A DNA stretch of 64,000 bases from Octopus vulgaris (Eukaryota), in NCBI GenBank assembly GCA_951406725.2, contig OX597834.1, forward strand, positions 42,718,001-42,782,000, given 5' to 3'. Below are positions 1 to 13,520 of the stretch, piece after piece. The notes below the pieces were generated by a model that saw nothing but the letters and a program-made list of their open reading frames with translations, was not told where the DNA came from and did no database searches. The position numbers and the translations under genes were made by a program. The first letter of the stretch is position 1. The number at the start of each line of letters is the position of its first letter.

Positions 1-31
1 TTTTTTTAATGTTATGTAATAATTGTTGTTG

Positions 32-66
<35 letters not shown>

Positions 67-68
<2 letters not shown>

Positions 69-635
69 GGCGGCGAGCTGGCAGAATCGTTAGCACGCCG
101 GGTGAAATGCTTAGCAGTATTTCGTCGGCCGCTACGTTCTGAGTTCAAATTCCGCCGAGGTCGACTTTGCCTTTCATCCTTTCGGGGTTGATTAAATAAG
201 TACCAGTAACGCACTGAGGTCGATATAATCGACTTAATCCGTTTGTCCGTCCTTGTCTGTCCTCTCTGTGTTTAGCTCCTTGTGGGTAGTAAAGAAATAG
301 GTATTTTGTCTGCCGCTACGTTCTGATTTCAAATTCCGCCGAGGTCGACTTTGCCTTTCATCCTTCCGAAGTCGATAAATTAAGTACCAGTTACGCACTG
401 GGATCGATATAATCGACTTAATCCGTTTGTCTGTCCTTGTTTGTCCTCTCTGTGTTTAGCCCCTTGTGAGTAGTAAAGAAATAGGTATTTTGTCTGCCGC
501 TACGTTCTGAGTTCAAATTCCGCCGAGGTCGACTTTACCGTTCTTTCCTTTCGGGGTCGATAAATTAAGTACCAGTTAAGTACCCGCCTCCCCCCAAATT
601 TCGGGCCTTATGCCTAGAAGAGAAAAGATTATCAT
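67..635 (+). mobile_element. SINE-A trimer: tRNA-like head, two 184-bp internal units, and a terminal unit with an alternative tail
   Basis: The head AAGGCGGCGAGCTGGCAGAATCGTTAG (A-box-like) and GAGTTCAAATTCC (B-box-like) follows an (ATT)n tract. The body GCCTTTCATCCTTTCGGGGTCGAT recurs with period 184 (junctions at 300 and 484). Confidence 0.85.
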
Positions 636-1710
636 TAAGTTGGCGAGCTGGCTGAATTGTTACTGCGCCGGGCAAAATACTTATCAAAAATTGTTCAAGT
701 GTAGTACAACGGTTTTACTACAGAATGGTGAAACTATTTTCTCGTTTGCTGAAAAAAGCAACGTTTTAGACATACGACACTTTTGCATAAGAGCAACGAC
801 ACACACACACACATACATTGTTATATTTCGGAATGGTCATATTTTTGGCAATATAATTATATGTATGTATGTATGTATTTTATGTGCGTATCTATGTGTA
901 TATCTAAGTATGCGCATTTATTTGTGTATGCATGTATATGTAACAACGTGTGTTTGTATGTGTATATACGGACGTACACACACGTGCACACAGTAAAGTA
1001 GTAATAATTACTCAGCCTACAAATACCGAACCGGAGAAGATTAAAATGAAATTTTTTTCCCCCCTACCTTGTAATATAATAGAATGGAACTTTGGGGAAT
1101 TACTCTGCAATCTGTAATCACCGATAGAAGACAATCAATGCTGAAGGAATTTCAATTTGGTTGCAGTCACATAAGAAATATACGCAACCGAAGATATAAT
1201 TAACTCTATAGAACAGACCGATGATCCAATAATTAATCAATTCGATTATTATCGATACGAAAAGACTAACAGAAAGAAAATAAATAGAATGCATTGTTTT
1301 TATTTGAACGTTTTACCTGTTGTAACATATAAAATGACTTTACCTATGTAAATACCTGCATTGATTAAATGAGATGAGAAAATATCAATCGCTGATGAAT
1401 TAACAATCATTGAAGGAAGCCTTCTCATGACCTTATTCCGAAGTCGATCGGTAATGTTCTACTGTACACTCAATGGATTTTCAACATCGTTTGTCATATA
1501 CAAAAGAATCTAGTCTACCCCAGATTCTAAACGCCGCTTCGCTACACTTCAATATATTGATTAACCACAGATCAGGGATCTGCTTCAGAGAAATAAGTAG
1601 CGCATAATTTCCTTTGTCGTCCTGTTTTTTTTTTTGTTTCTGTTTGTTTTCCAGGAGTTGAATTAGGTCCATGCTGGAGCAGCACCATGAAGTGGTTGTT
1701 ACTCTATCTC

Positions 1711-2104
1711 ACTCTTACTTGTTTCAGTCATTTGACTGTGGCCATACTGGAGCACCGCCTTTAGTCGAGCAAATCGACCCCAGGACTTGTTCTTTTGTAA
1801 ACCTAGTACTTATTCTATCAGTTTCTTTTGCCGAACTGCTAAGTTACGGGGACGTAAACACACCAGCGTCGGTTGTCAAGCGATGTTGGGGCGGACAAAC
1901 ACAGACACACAAACATATACACACACACATATACATATATACGACGGTCTTCTTTCAGTTTCCGTCTACCAAATCCACTCACAAGGCTTTGGTCGGCCCG
2001 AGGCTATAAGTAGAAGACACTTGTCCAAGGTTCCACGCAGTGGGACTGAACCCGGAACCATGTGGTTGGTAAGCAAGCTACTTACCACACAGCCACTCCT
2101 ACGC
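1711..2104 (-). mobile_element. SINE-B, full length (tRNA-like head, CORE-like ACCTTGGGCAAGT segment, internal microsatellite, LINE-like tail)
   Basis: Reverse complement of the copies at 2729 and 21176; tail GGTGCTCCAGCATGGCCGCAGTCAAATGACTGAAACAAGTAAAAGAG. Confidence 0.85.
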
Positions 2105-2285
2105 TGTTGTCGAACAAATTGAGACTTGTACTGTTAAGTACGTAACACCAATAGCGTTTGCCTCTCTAAAACTGCTTCTAACACAAAATTTAATTTTGAT
2201 TTTCTCGTGCGGCTCTATTGCATATCAGTAGCTAGATTTTATACTGTACTTCTACCAGCGATTTGGATTCGTTTCGAGGGGTAGC

Positions 2286-2327
2286 TGGTACTGACGAACT
2301 GAAACGACAGCGAAATATCGATAGCCA
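2286..2327 (+). ncRNA. Candidate minimal hammerhead ribozyme (slightly degenerate)
   Basis: tggt-a-CTGACGA-actg aaacga cagc-GAAA-tatcga-TA-gcca: canonical core, short stem II, palindromic TATCGATA at stem III, stem I tggt/gcca. Confidence 0.5.
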
Positions 2328-2728
2328 TTGTTCACGTTCATCTACCTCCCCACCCCCGAATTGTTTCGCCCAGTTTTAAAGTATCCAGTGTTTATAACAC
2401 TAGATGCCTTAAAAACAAAATTCTGCAATTAATAAGCGTTTTAACAAAACACAGACAATAAGTACATGAGATAATGATATGAATAATGTTTAAATTATTC
2501 TTTTCTACTCTAGGCACAAGACACGGAATTTTTGGGAAGAGGATCAGTCGATTAGATCGACCACAGTACACAACTGGTACTTAATTTACCGACAGCGAAA
2601 GGATGAAAGGCGAAGATACTGAGAAAATTTCATAAGGTTTCTCTAAAAGTAGATCGATTTAGGTATACTATCGCTTCATGTCAAGCAAAAGCGACTTTTA
2701 ACAAAATATATAGGAAATACTTATTATA

Positions 2729-2889
2729 GGCGCAAGAGGGGCTTTGTGGTAAGTAGCTTGCTTACAGACGACATGGGTCCGGGTTCAGTCCCACTGCGAG
2801 GCACCATTGGCAAGTGTCTTCTAATATAGCTTCGGGCCGTCCAAATCCTTGTGAGTGGATTTGGTAGACGGATATTGAAAGACGATCAT

Positions 2890-2934
<45 letters not shown>

Positions 2935-3129
2935 GTGTGTGTGTGTGTGTGTATGTATATACGTTTCTGTGTGTGTCCCCCAACATCGCTTACTAACCGA
3001 TGCTGGTGTGTTTAAGTCCACGTAAGTAAGCAGTTCGGCAAATAAGTACAAGGCTTAGAAAGAACAAGTCCTGGGGTCGATTTGCTCGACTAAAGGCGGT
3101 GCTCCAGCATGACTGAAACAAAGTAAAAA
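2729..3129 (+). mobile_element. SINE-B, full length
   Basis: GGCGCAAGAGGGGCTTTGTGGTAAG head, internal (GT)/(TA) tract, and tail ...GACTGAAACAAAGTAAAA. Confidence 0.85.
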
Positions 3130-3235
3130 TGAAAGTGCACCCTCACGCATGTGTGTATATTTGAGTATATATGCAGGAACAATAAACCATTTCAATGCAC
3201 AGATGTGTTTCTATATAGGATGATTGAACTTCCAG

Positions 3236-3470
3236 TGGTAGTAGTAGTAGTAGTGGTAGTAGTACTAGTAGTAGTAGTAGTAGTAGTAATGGTAGTAATA
3301 GTGGTAGTTGTAGGGGTAGTAGTAGTGGTAGTAGTTGTGGTAGTGGTAGTAGTAGTAGTAGTAGTGGTAGTAGTAGTAGTGGTGGTAGTAGTAGTAGTAG
3401 TAGTAGTGGTAGTAGTAGTAGAGTAGTGGTAGTAGTAGTGGTGGTAGTAGTAGTGGTAGTAGTAGTAGTG

Positions 3471-3507
<37 letters not shown>

Positions 3508-3584
3508 TAGTAGTAGTGGTTGTAGTAGTAGTGGTAGTAGTGGTAGTATTAGTAGTGGTAGTAGTAGTGGTAGTAGTAGTAGTG

Positions 3585-3630
<46 letters not shown>

Positions 3631-3638
3631 TAGTAGTG

Positions 3639-3717
<79 letters not shown>

Positions 3718-3800
3718 TATTAGTAGTGGTAGTAGTAGTGGTAGTAGTGGTAGTGGTAGTAGTAGTAGTGGTTGTAGTAGTAGTAGTAGTAGTAGTAGTA
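3236..3800. repeat. (GTA/GTG)n trinucleotide microsatellite
   Basis: About 560 bp of GTA with GTG interruptions; source of the poly-V/poly-L ORFs. Confidence 0.95.
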
Positions 3801-4199
3801 GCAGCAGCAAGAAGTGTGACTTGTGGCGGTACAAAAAGAGAATTGGAGGAAGCAAGAAAGAGAAGGTTTAATGAAGGAAAAGAAGACGAACGGCAGCAGC
3901 AGCAGCAGCAGCAGCTGATGCAGCAGCAAATAGAACATCATCAGCAGCAGCAGCAACATGAATTGAAAGAAGTAAATAAACAATATGCAAATTGAAGTAG
4001 ATGTAGGTGCACACACGTATGCAAGTCACATAGAAATGCATATATTATGTAAAAATATATAAATACGTAATATAACATGTGTGTGTGTGTGTGTGTGTGA
4101 ATAATGAATTTGAATAGGAGAGACATCCGTACACACGTGATATGCCTGTATGTATATACATAGGAAGTACATAGATATATATTTATACAGACTGGCATA

Positions 4200-4200
4200 C

Positions 4201-4240
<40 letters not shown>

Positions 4241-4513
4241 GCGTAAAGATAGGTACATAAATACAAATACATATAATACATGCATATATACATATGTATG
4301 TACATACATATACACATGCATATGCATACATATATATGTATATATCTAAGTGCATATATATATATATATATATACATACACATGCATGCATATGCATGTA
4401 TACACATATAGATATGCATATATACACATATATATATGCATATATACACACATACATATGCATATTCAGACATACATATTCATATATATATATATATGCA
4501 TACATATGCCTAT

Positions 4514-4546
<33 letters not shown>

Positions 4547-4616
4547 CATGCATACACATGTATATACATACACATTCATATAAATACACATATACATACA
4601 CACATACATATATATA

Positions 4617-4648
<32 letters not shown>

Positions 4649-4712
4649 CATACACACACAAATATGCATACATATATACATACAAACCTACATACATTCA
4701 CATGTATGCATA
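4200..4712. repeat. Compound (TA)/(CA)/(TACA) microsatellite
   Basis: Direct reading. Confidence 0.9.
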
Positions 4713-5413
4713 GGTTTAAGGGCACTTGGTTAATTTAATGAAAATAGCAACTATATAATTAGACGGAAATTAGATGTAAACTTTATTGCTAAAAATTAAT
4801 TGGCGAAAATTAATTTCCCTTTCAAATCCATTTTTTACTTAATCTTTTTTTATTTAATTTTTTTCTTTTTGCTTTCTCTCCACCAGTTTCTTCTCTTCTG
4901 CCTCCTCCTCCTCCTCTTTTTTCTTCATCTTTTCACCTCCTTTTTCATTTTCATCTTCATCATCCACATCGTTCTCCTCTTTCATACTTCAGATGCACAA
5001 GTTGGTGCTGATGATTATGATGATGATGATGACGATGATCAGGGTGATGATATCGATGGTGATTAATGCTAATAAGGATGTTGTTGTAGGTAATGGCGAA
5101 GTCTGTCGTAATATTTTGCGATATCAACGTCGCGGCTTTCATCTCTATTTAAATACGTATTTTCTGATCCATCGCTGAAGTCCGTTGTAGGTAACAATAT
5201 ATGAACTCACGGTACAATTCGTAAAAGTAACACAATGTGAAATAGGTTAGCATTGATGTCTAGTTTGTATGGCTGTGTGGTAAGTAGCTTCTTTACCAAC
5301 CATATGGTTTCGGGTTCAGACCTACTGCGTGGCACCTTGGGCAAGTATCTTGTATTATAGCCTCGGGCCGACCAAAACCTTGACGGAAACTGAAAGAAGC
5401 CTGACGTATATAT

Positions 5414-5461
<48 letters not shown>

Positions 5462-5614
5462 GCATCCTTTTGACTTGGGAGACAATGGAGTTGCGCATAA
5501 ACTAATCCAGTCTGGTTTTTACATTTCATGTCCTCTCCAGTTTCCTCTCCAGTTTTGTGCAGGCCTGAGCTAGATGTAAGAAAATCCTGGATAGCCCAAT
5601 CGTCAGGATTCCGA

Positions 5615-5877
5615 TAGATTAGGCTTACAAAGAATAAGTTCTGTGGTAGATTTGTTCGACTAAAGGCGTTGCTCCAGCATGGCTACCATCAAATGATTGC
5701 AACAAGTAAAAGAGTAAGAGTTATTCTTTTTACTAGTTTTAGTCATATGACCGCAACCATGCTGGATCACAGCCTTTAGTCGAACGAATCGACCCCAGGA
5801 CTTATTCTTTATAAGCCTAGTACTTATTCTATCGACATCTTTTGCCGATGTGCTAAGTTACGAAGACGTAAATGCGC

Positions 5878-5924
<47 letters not shown>

Positions 5925-6119
5925 TCGAGGGGCTTCTTTCAGTTTCCGTCTACCAAATCCACTCATAAAGCTTTGGTTGGCTCGAGTCAATAGAAGACAT
6001 TTGCCCAAATTGCCACGCAGTGGGACTGAACCCGGAACCATGTGGTTGGGAAGCAGGCTTCTTACCTCACAGCGACGCCTATGCCTATAGCCTCTTACCA
6101 CACAACCACGCCTGCGCCT
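5615..6119. mobile_element. Tail-to-tail SINE-B pair: + strand tail (5615-5720) and - strand full copy (5725-6119)
   Basis: ...AACAAGTAAAAGAGTAAGAG is followed immediately by the reverse-complement tail TTCTTTTTACTAGTTTTAGTC... Confidence 0.8.
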
Positions 6120-6699
6120 ATTGTGTGATATATATATATATATCTCAAGTGAGAGAGATTTATATGTTTATAAACGTACTCTGACATAACCATATAAATT
6201 AGAAACACTAGCAATCGCTTATTAAATTATTTCTTCCGACGAGGAATCCATTAATTCTGTTGTTCATCATTAAAATGGCGTCTTATCAGACCGTAATTTT
6301 GAGCGGTAGACTCTGTTACTTACAGAAGGAGTTTGATAATTGACACAAAAACGGTAATCGAATTATGCTATAGTTCAACCCCCTATAATTTAAGAGCCCG
6401 TTGTAATATTACAAATATTTCTTAAATTCTATTCATTAGAATATCCACATAAATAACAGATATTATAGACTCTTTAGTGAGAATAAAGTAAAGATGGCTG
6501 AATTGCTTGAAAATCTTCGCCATTCCTACAATCAGTGTAAATAGAAGAAAACTTTCCGGTAATGTCTCACATAATTCCATAATTCTTGGCCTCAATCACT
6601 GCATCAATCTTACTCTTCAATCGTATGTCTTTCTCAAGTAAATGTCCTATCGATCTGTCTTCTCTCTTTTGGATGTCAATGCATCAAATAGCTATCTTT

Positions 6700-7447
6700 T
6701 GTTGCTTTCAGTCATTACACTACGACCATGCTGGGGCACTGCCTTGAAGAATTTTCAGTCGATTGAATCAACACCAATATTTATTGCTTAAATTGTTCAA
6801 GCCTGGTACTTATTCTGTCGGTCTGTTCTTGCCGAACCACTATGTTGCACGGATGTAAAACACCAACTCCGAGTGTCAAGTGGCGATGGGGCACAGACAA
6901 ATAAAATCACCCATTCTCGAGTCTGTGTATTTATATACATATATGTGTGTGTGTGTAGAGAGAGAGTCCACAGTAATCCATAGGTAGGAGAGGTGCAACC
7001 GGAGGGTAAAATGTCCAAAAGAAAATCCGTAAATGATAGAAAGGTAGAAAGTCCAGTGGAGAAGTTCGTGGTAAAGAAGTTCATGATAGATCGGTAGCCA
7101 CTACACACATCTTTTTCTCTCCTTGTTTTTCTCTTTGTTTTTTTTTTCTGTGTCCCTTTCTGTAGAAGAGCGTAGGCTCGAAACGTAAAAGACTTTTTCA
7201 ATTCCTGAGCGTTATACTAATACATCTGTTTGTTTTCTACACCACCTGTCTTCGTGTTTTGTTTTTTTCGTGAATTTTGTCCCCCTATATATATATATAT
7301 ATATACACGACGGCGTTCTTTTTAGTTTCTGTCTACAAAAATCCACGCAGAAAGTTTTGGTCGGCCGAACGTGATGCGTGATGAGATTGAACCTGGAACC
7401 GTGTGGGTAGGGAAGTAAGCTTCTTCCCACACAGCCACGCCTGGGCC
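6700..7447 (-). mobile_element. SINE-B interrupted in its internal microsatellite by a hammerhead-bearing insert
   Basis: Tail part 6700-6900, head part 7305-7447, with foreign sequence at about 6960-7285 between them. Confidence 0.7.
7156..7191 (+). ncRNA. Minimal hammerhead-like motif (A6>U variant) in a Penelope-like non-autonomous element
   Basis: cttt-CTGTAGA-a-gagc gtag gctc-GAAA-cg-TA-aaag; stems I and II pair perfectly; homologous to 53089-53125 (-). Confidence 0.55.
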
Positions 7448-8411
7448 TATGCAAATTTTACAGAAAATCCTCATAGAAAGAAAGAGAAGCTAAATCGTCT
7501 TCAAATTACATCTTATGGAAATAAATGGAGCAGCTCCATTTAACGATGTCAGAAATAACATAAAATGCTGACAGAGACAAAGTTAGGCTTATCCCTTTAT
7601 GCATAACCCTAAATTCCACATGATAATTTGTTCTACACTATTATTTCTGATAATAATCTGAAACTCAGATTAGCAACGATAATTCCTGAGTGTGAAGAAT
7701 TTGGATAATGGTATTGCTAATTTGAAATACATATTAAGGCCTGGAGTGGCCTCTTAATTTGCTTTAATTAAGAAATTTAGCAATCAGTAATGCACATAGC
7801 TAATTAGATTGACTTTAATCAATTATGTGAAACAATGCATATGCACATATACGCATGCACAGGCCCATGATGCACACATATATACGTGTGTGTGTGTGTG
7901 TGTGTGCATATACCTATCTACCTACCAGTATGTATGTATATTTGTATGTATGCATTCATAGTGACATCTAAGTTTTAACTGCACAATATATTTCCGGTGT
8001 CTAGAACGCCATATGCCTCGTTTTTATCGAAAGGGAAAACTGTGAAGAGAACTCCATCGTTCCAAATATCGAAGAGTATTAATAGAAGAAACTCTTCTAC
8101 CAGACCATCTCTCCAGCCCAGTGTGATATAGGTTAAACCAGTGAGCAAATACTAGAGCAGTTATCGCTAAAATCAAAGATACCTTCCATCAAAACCTATT
8201 GGGTAATAAAGACAAAATCTAACGCCGACATTTTCTTTCCATCAGATACTGAAAACTAGAATAACTCCTTCTCACCCAGGGTTTCATTTCTGTTGAAAAC
8301 ATTACGGATTTTAGCAAAGAAATTGATTTCGAATTAACATCCAATCGGGCGACTTGACCAAAACAATGCAATTCTTATTTCTTTACTACCCACAAGGGGC
8401 TAAACACAGAG

Positions 8412-8889
8412 CTTATTTCTAGCCGTTCCTTTTGCCGAAACGCTAAGTTACGCGGACGTAAACATAGCAACACCGCTGGTCATTCGGTGACAAACACAAA
8501 GACACGCATACATACACACACATATTTAAATATATATACAGTTGTACATCTATTTAAAAAAATATATATATAGATAGATGCTCATATATTCAACTATATA
8601 TATATATAGATAGATGCTCATATATTCAACTATATATATATATAGATATATATATATACTTATATTTAAATATACATATATATAGATGTAAATATATTTA
8701 GATATATTTATAAATATTTAAATATATGGGACGGGCTTCTTTCAGTTTCCGTCTACCAAGCCCACTCAGAAGGCTTGGGTCAGCCCGAGGCTATTGCAGA
8801 AGACAGTTGCCCATGATAACACGCAGTGGGACTGAACCCAGAACTATGTTTGGGAAGCAAGCTGCTTACCACACAGCCACACCTGCGCC
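8412..8889 (-). mobile_element. SINE-B with truncated tail
   Basis: Same head and body as the other copies, in reverse. Confidence 0.75.
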
Positions 8890-8903
8890 TACGTACACTT
8901 ATA

Positions 8904-9209
8904 TCACGTGATCACGTGACCGACCAGACCATCAGATGTTGCTACACATCACTGGTCACAATGCGTTCGCATTGTTTTTTTAGCCTTCGAATGATGCCAC
9001 CCCGCTGGCTAAGGGAGCAGGCCAACAGAAGAAAGAGTGAGAGAAAGAGTGGTGAAAGAGTACAGCAGGGATTACCACCCCCTGCCGGAGCCTCGTGGAA
9101 CTTTTGTAGGTGTTTTCGCTCAATAAACACTCACAACGCCCAGTCTGGGAATCGAAACCGCGATCCTCCGAACGCTGCCCGAAACACTGGGCCATTGCGC
9201 CTCCACACG
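8904..9209 (-). mobile_element. SINE-C (tRNA-derived), near full length
   Basis: The minus strand begins GTGGAGGCGCAATGGCCCAGTG...GGTTTCGATTCCC (A/B boxes) and ends in a CACGTGATCACGTGAT tail; relatives at 13327 and 48712. Confidence 0.8.
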
Positions 9210-10333
9210 TACACTTATATGAATGTATATATGTAAGCGTGTGTCTATATTTTCTTCTTTCTCTCCCTCTCTGTCTCTGTGTTTCTCTCTCCAATCGCAT
9301 TCGTTACCTTCTCTCTCCGTATCCCTACATCTGTCCATTTAACAACAATTCTCTCCCGTTGTGCGAATGAGGGTTCGTAGTGTGAAAGTCGCTATAAAAC
9401 CTGCATTAATTGCTCATTGTTGACCGCGGCAACAAAGAGAAAAATGCCGCCGCTAATTAGTCGTTGAAAAAGATATGTGTAGGCTTCAGTGTTGTGTGTC
9501 ACAACCCGATTGACATTACGCCGAGCATTGATGCCGTTTAGGTTGAGTGGAGAAAATGTGTGATGATATAATTGCTTCTAATGATTGGCATCTGGTGTCG
9601 ACAGCCAGGTAATAATACAGTACAATATATGCTCCATGTGTGTATAGAGTAGTTAAGGGTTTGTTTGTTTTCTAATTACTTGCATAGAAATTATATGTGA
9701 TAAAGAGTGAAAAGGGAATGAGAGATATGGAGACGATGTGTGTGTGTGGAATGGAGGCTAACGAATAGAACGATGCATACGGAGCGGGAAAAAGTGTGTT
9801 TTATGCTGTTTGTTAATTGTGGTGTTGTTGGAGTCTCATGCAATTTGGTAAGTAAATTGTTACGCAAACGGTGAGATAGAAAGATAGATTGTGGGAGAGA
9901 GAGAGAGAGAGAGTTAATAAACAGAGAGATTCAGTGGTGAAAGGAATCGTAGAGGTAAATTGCACAAAAACGTTCATGGACATACAAACACATGATCAAC
10001 GCGCGCGCGTTTATCTGTGTGTAAACGTGTATTTGTGAGCTCACGCGTGTGCGTGCATGCATGTGCGAGGGTATATATATATATATGTGTATATATATAT
10101 TAGTAGAACCTCGGTTTTCGAACAACTCTGATCGCGAATAAATCGTAATTCATCTCGTGTCATTCTCATATTCATTGAATACAACAGTACCTCGAAGACT
10201 TATTCTTTGTAAACCTAGTACTTATTCTATCGGTATCTTTTGCCGAACCGCTAAGCTACGGGGACGTAAATACACCAACATCAGTTGTCAAGCGATGGTG
10301 GGGGGAAAACAAAGACACACACACACACACATA

Positions 10334-10381
<48 letters not shown>

Positions 10382-10967
10382 ATGATCTAATGTACACATT
10401 TAAAATAAGAGCTGCTAATAATTTCTCTCTACAGAGACATCGGGTCCAGGCAGGTTTATATAACGCGCCCCGTGCCTCCACGCATTCTGCAAGTCACACA
10501 CCTTTCACTGTATTTCTCCTTTCGCCTCGGTGTCTCCCAACCACTTCCAGCTGCAGTCCTATTTTTAGTTTTGCTCTTTGGTTTAACGAAGTTATATAAT
10601 TATCTTCTCATATATATATATATACACATACACACACACATAGTGAGAGAGAAGTGGCAAGGGATGGAGAGAGAGAGAGAGAGAGAGGGAGAGAGAAAGA
10701 GATGTGGGGCGCCAACCTTGCTACTGCATTTTTCAATCCCAAATTGCTGAACGGTAAGATTGACTTCAGCAGAATTCGAACTCAGGAGTATTGGCTTTCA
10801 TAACAAACAACAACTTGTTTCAGACATCTGGCTACCGCCATGCTAGTGTACCGCCTTTAGTCGAACAAACTGACCCCAGGACTTATTCTTTGTAAGCCTA
10901 GTACTTATTCTATTCATCTCTTAACTACAGTGATATGCATTTCTAAGTGGTCCCACATAATCAGTGT

Positions 10968-11240
10968 GAGCGCAAGGTCTGGTGGTTAGCGTGTTGCACT
11001 TACGATCACGAGGTCATGGTTTCAATTTCTAGACTGGGTGGTCGTTGTGTTTTTCTCCTACTTGAGAAGAAAAAAAGCACCGCCTCTTATGTTGCTCTGC
11101 GATCGCTTCGACGCCTGATGTGAGGTAGACTCTTCGATCTCTTCGGCGACTGACGTGCAATACGCACCGCGATCACTTGGCCGCCTCACATGCGGTGTTG
11201 AGGTGATTATATCGATCACATTACGGCATCGATACAATGT
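10968..11240 (+). mobile_element. Old tRNA-derived SINE fragment
   Basis: GAGCGCAAGGTCTGGTGGTTAGCG...GGTTTCAATTTC resembles a decayed tRNA head; a similar head occurs at 54958. Confidence 0.45.
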
Positions 11241-12984
11241 CAAATGATTTATCGATGACATCCCACACTTCTTATTGTAAGGAAGCATAGTGAGGTAAAT
11301 CTTTACAGAGACATGTCCAAGTAAGGTGGCTGTTGCTTTGTTTAACCCCAGGTAAGCCTTGATCCAGCAGATGTACGATCCAAGCTTTTCCCTCTCTGAT
11401 CCCACTAACGTTTATTCAAACATAATTTATTTAGGTCTGTATTATTCAATGGCTCGGTACTCATGTAATATATCTTTTACCTTTCACTTCTTTGAGTCAT
11501 TTGTATGCGGCAATGCTGGGGCACCGCCTTGAGGAATGTTAGACATACCAATGATCCAGTACTTGCTTCTTATTTAAAGCCTCAGATTATAAGTCTACTT
11601 TGATCAGAGTTAACTTGGAGTTGAACAGCAAGATCAGCTGCAACAGCACCACCACCACCACAACAACAACAACATCATCCAATCATTAACTGCTTTGATT
11701 CGACCTACATTCACCGTAAAGGACATAAGGAGCTAAAGAGTCTGTCACATATATGTTTCATGTATTCTCAAAACAGTTGCTTATCACTTCGGCATCTCAT
11801 TCAGTCGAATACAGTAATTTTGTTTCAGAATTTATCAGGAAGTATTGTATAGAATCTTGTCGATAATTGTTTGTAGCGATGCTGAAACAGGATCCAGATT
11901 ATAGCATTAGATGGAGTCCTACTTTGTAACACCAGCTTTTAAATCGGACAGATAATCCGCAGCTAGTTATGACTCAGAAAGCCTACTTTTACATAGGCAG
12001 AGTAACATTAAAAGGTTCTTTTCTTATGTTTGGTTGCTTGTTTATTTTTCCAATCCACAAATTAGTATTTTAGCTCATAATATTACAATTATGAAACTGG
12101 TAGGAATACGGAAAGGAAATAAAAATAAAAAGAGAACAAAAAAAATGTAAGATCGTTTTCCGTTAGGCATCATCATCTCCAAAGACCTATTTCCATTCCA
12201 TCATTGGTTCCCGGAATGGCTAACATTAAAATGTGTGATTTTAGATTCGAAAAGGCGATAGAGCAACCATAGTTTTCTATGATCTACACTATCACATATT
12301 CCATCTGAAGACCAATGATTAGAACTGATGAAGTGACATCAATATTATGATTAATTTTGCTAGAAATAAGCAAGCACTCATAAAAATTTCATACCGTGGT
12401 AATTGGAAACTCATCACATTACTAGTTGATTCTTAGATTTGGTTTCGTGTGTTGTTAGAATATGTGAGATAAACAAAGAATTCTATGGATATAAAACTAC
12501 AGCAAGGCAAATTAAGTAGAATTTAATGGTTTACTCAACTTCTCTATTCAGCGGGTTCCAATTGTAGAAAATGGTAATAGGAATTTCCTGCCTACGCAAA
12601 CTTTTGTTTCTAAGTAGCTTTAAAAGACTTCAATTATTAACCTTAGCTGAGAGTTGTTGATGTTGTTGTTACTGTTTAACTCAGGTCATCCCAGATCAAG
12701 CTGACCTATTGATCAAAGGTAATCCAACCGTGACAGTTACGCCATTTTAGAAATCTAGTGGTACTACATTATCCAGCATAGCAACTACTTTTCCCAAACG
12801 GTAAAATGTGACACGAAGCAGACATGGTTGATATTTCTAGCAGATCGAGTAATTACATAGAAAAGCCATAATTCCCGTTGATGCTATCATTATGGTTGTT
12901 GTACAGTTCCAGGTTACACCTGACTGGGTGGATACGCAGTGATCAAAGCAATGCCGGCCTCAGCCTCTTATGCCTTTTCGGTAA

Positions 12985-13520
12985 GGCGTAAGAATGACTG
13001 TGTGGTAGGAATAATGCTTCCCAACCACATGGTTCAAGGTTCGGTCCTACTGCGTGGCACCTTGGACTAGTGTCTTTCTACTACAGCCTGGGCCGATCAA
13101 AGCCTTGTGAGTGGATTTGGTAGTCGGAAACTGAAAGAAGCCCGTTGTATGTGTATATATATGTGTGTGTGTGTGGCGAGCTGGCAGACACGAAATACTT
13201 AGAGGTATTTCGTCTGACGTTACGTTCTGAGTTCAAATTCCGCCGAGGTCGACTTTGCCTTTCATCCTTTCGCACTGGGGTCGATGACATGATATTTTAC
13301 AACGACGACAGCAACAACAACAACAGCGTGGAGGCGCAATGGCCCAGTGGTTAGGGCAGTGGACTCGCGGTCGTAAGAACGCGGTTTCGATTCCCTGATC
13401 GGGCATTGTGAGTGTTTATTGAGCAAAAACACCTAAGCTCCACGAGGCTCCGGTGGGAGAGGGCGGGGTGAACCCCGCTGTACTCTTTCACTACAACTTT
13501 CTCTCACTCTTTTTCCTACT
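12985..13520 (+). mobile_element. Stack of SINE-B head (12985-13147), SINE-A (13174-13286) and SINE-C (13327-13520)
   Basis: Three recognisable heads in series, separated by short microsatellites. Confidence 0.8.

Noticed and set aside
3426-3995. ORF ending in a charged, poly-Q segment (KRELEEARKRRFNEGKEDERQQQQ...)
   Set aside because: Arises from (GTA)n and (CAG)n repeats; no ATG start, no polypyrimidine splice acceptor, no recognisable domain.
13327-13400. tRNA gene
   Set aside because: Has A/B boxes but no closed acceptor stem, and continues into a SINE body shared with 8904-9209 and 48712-49069.
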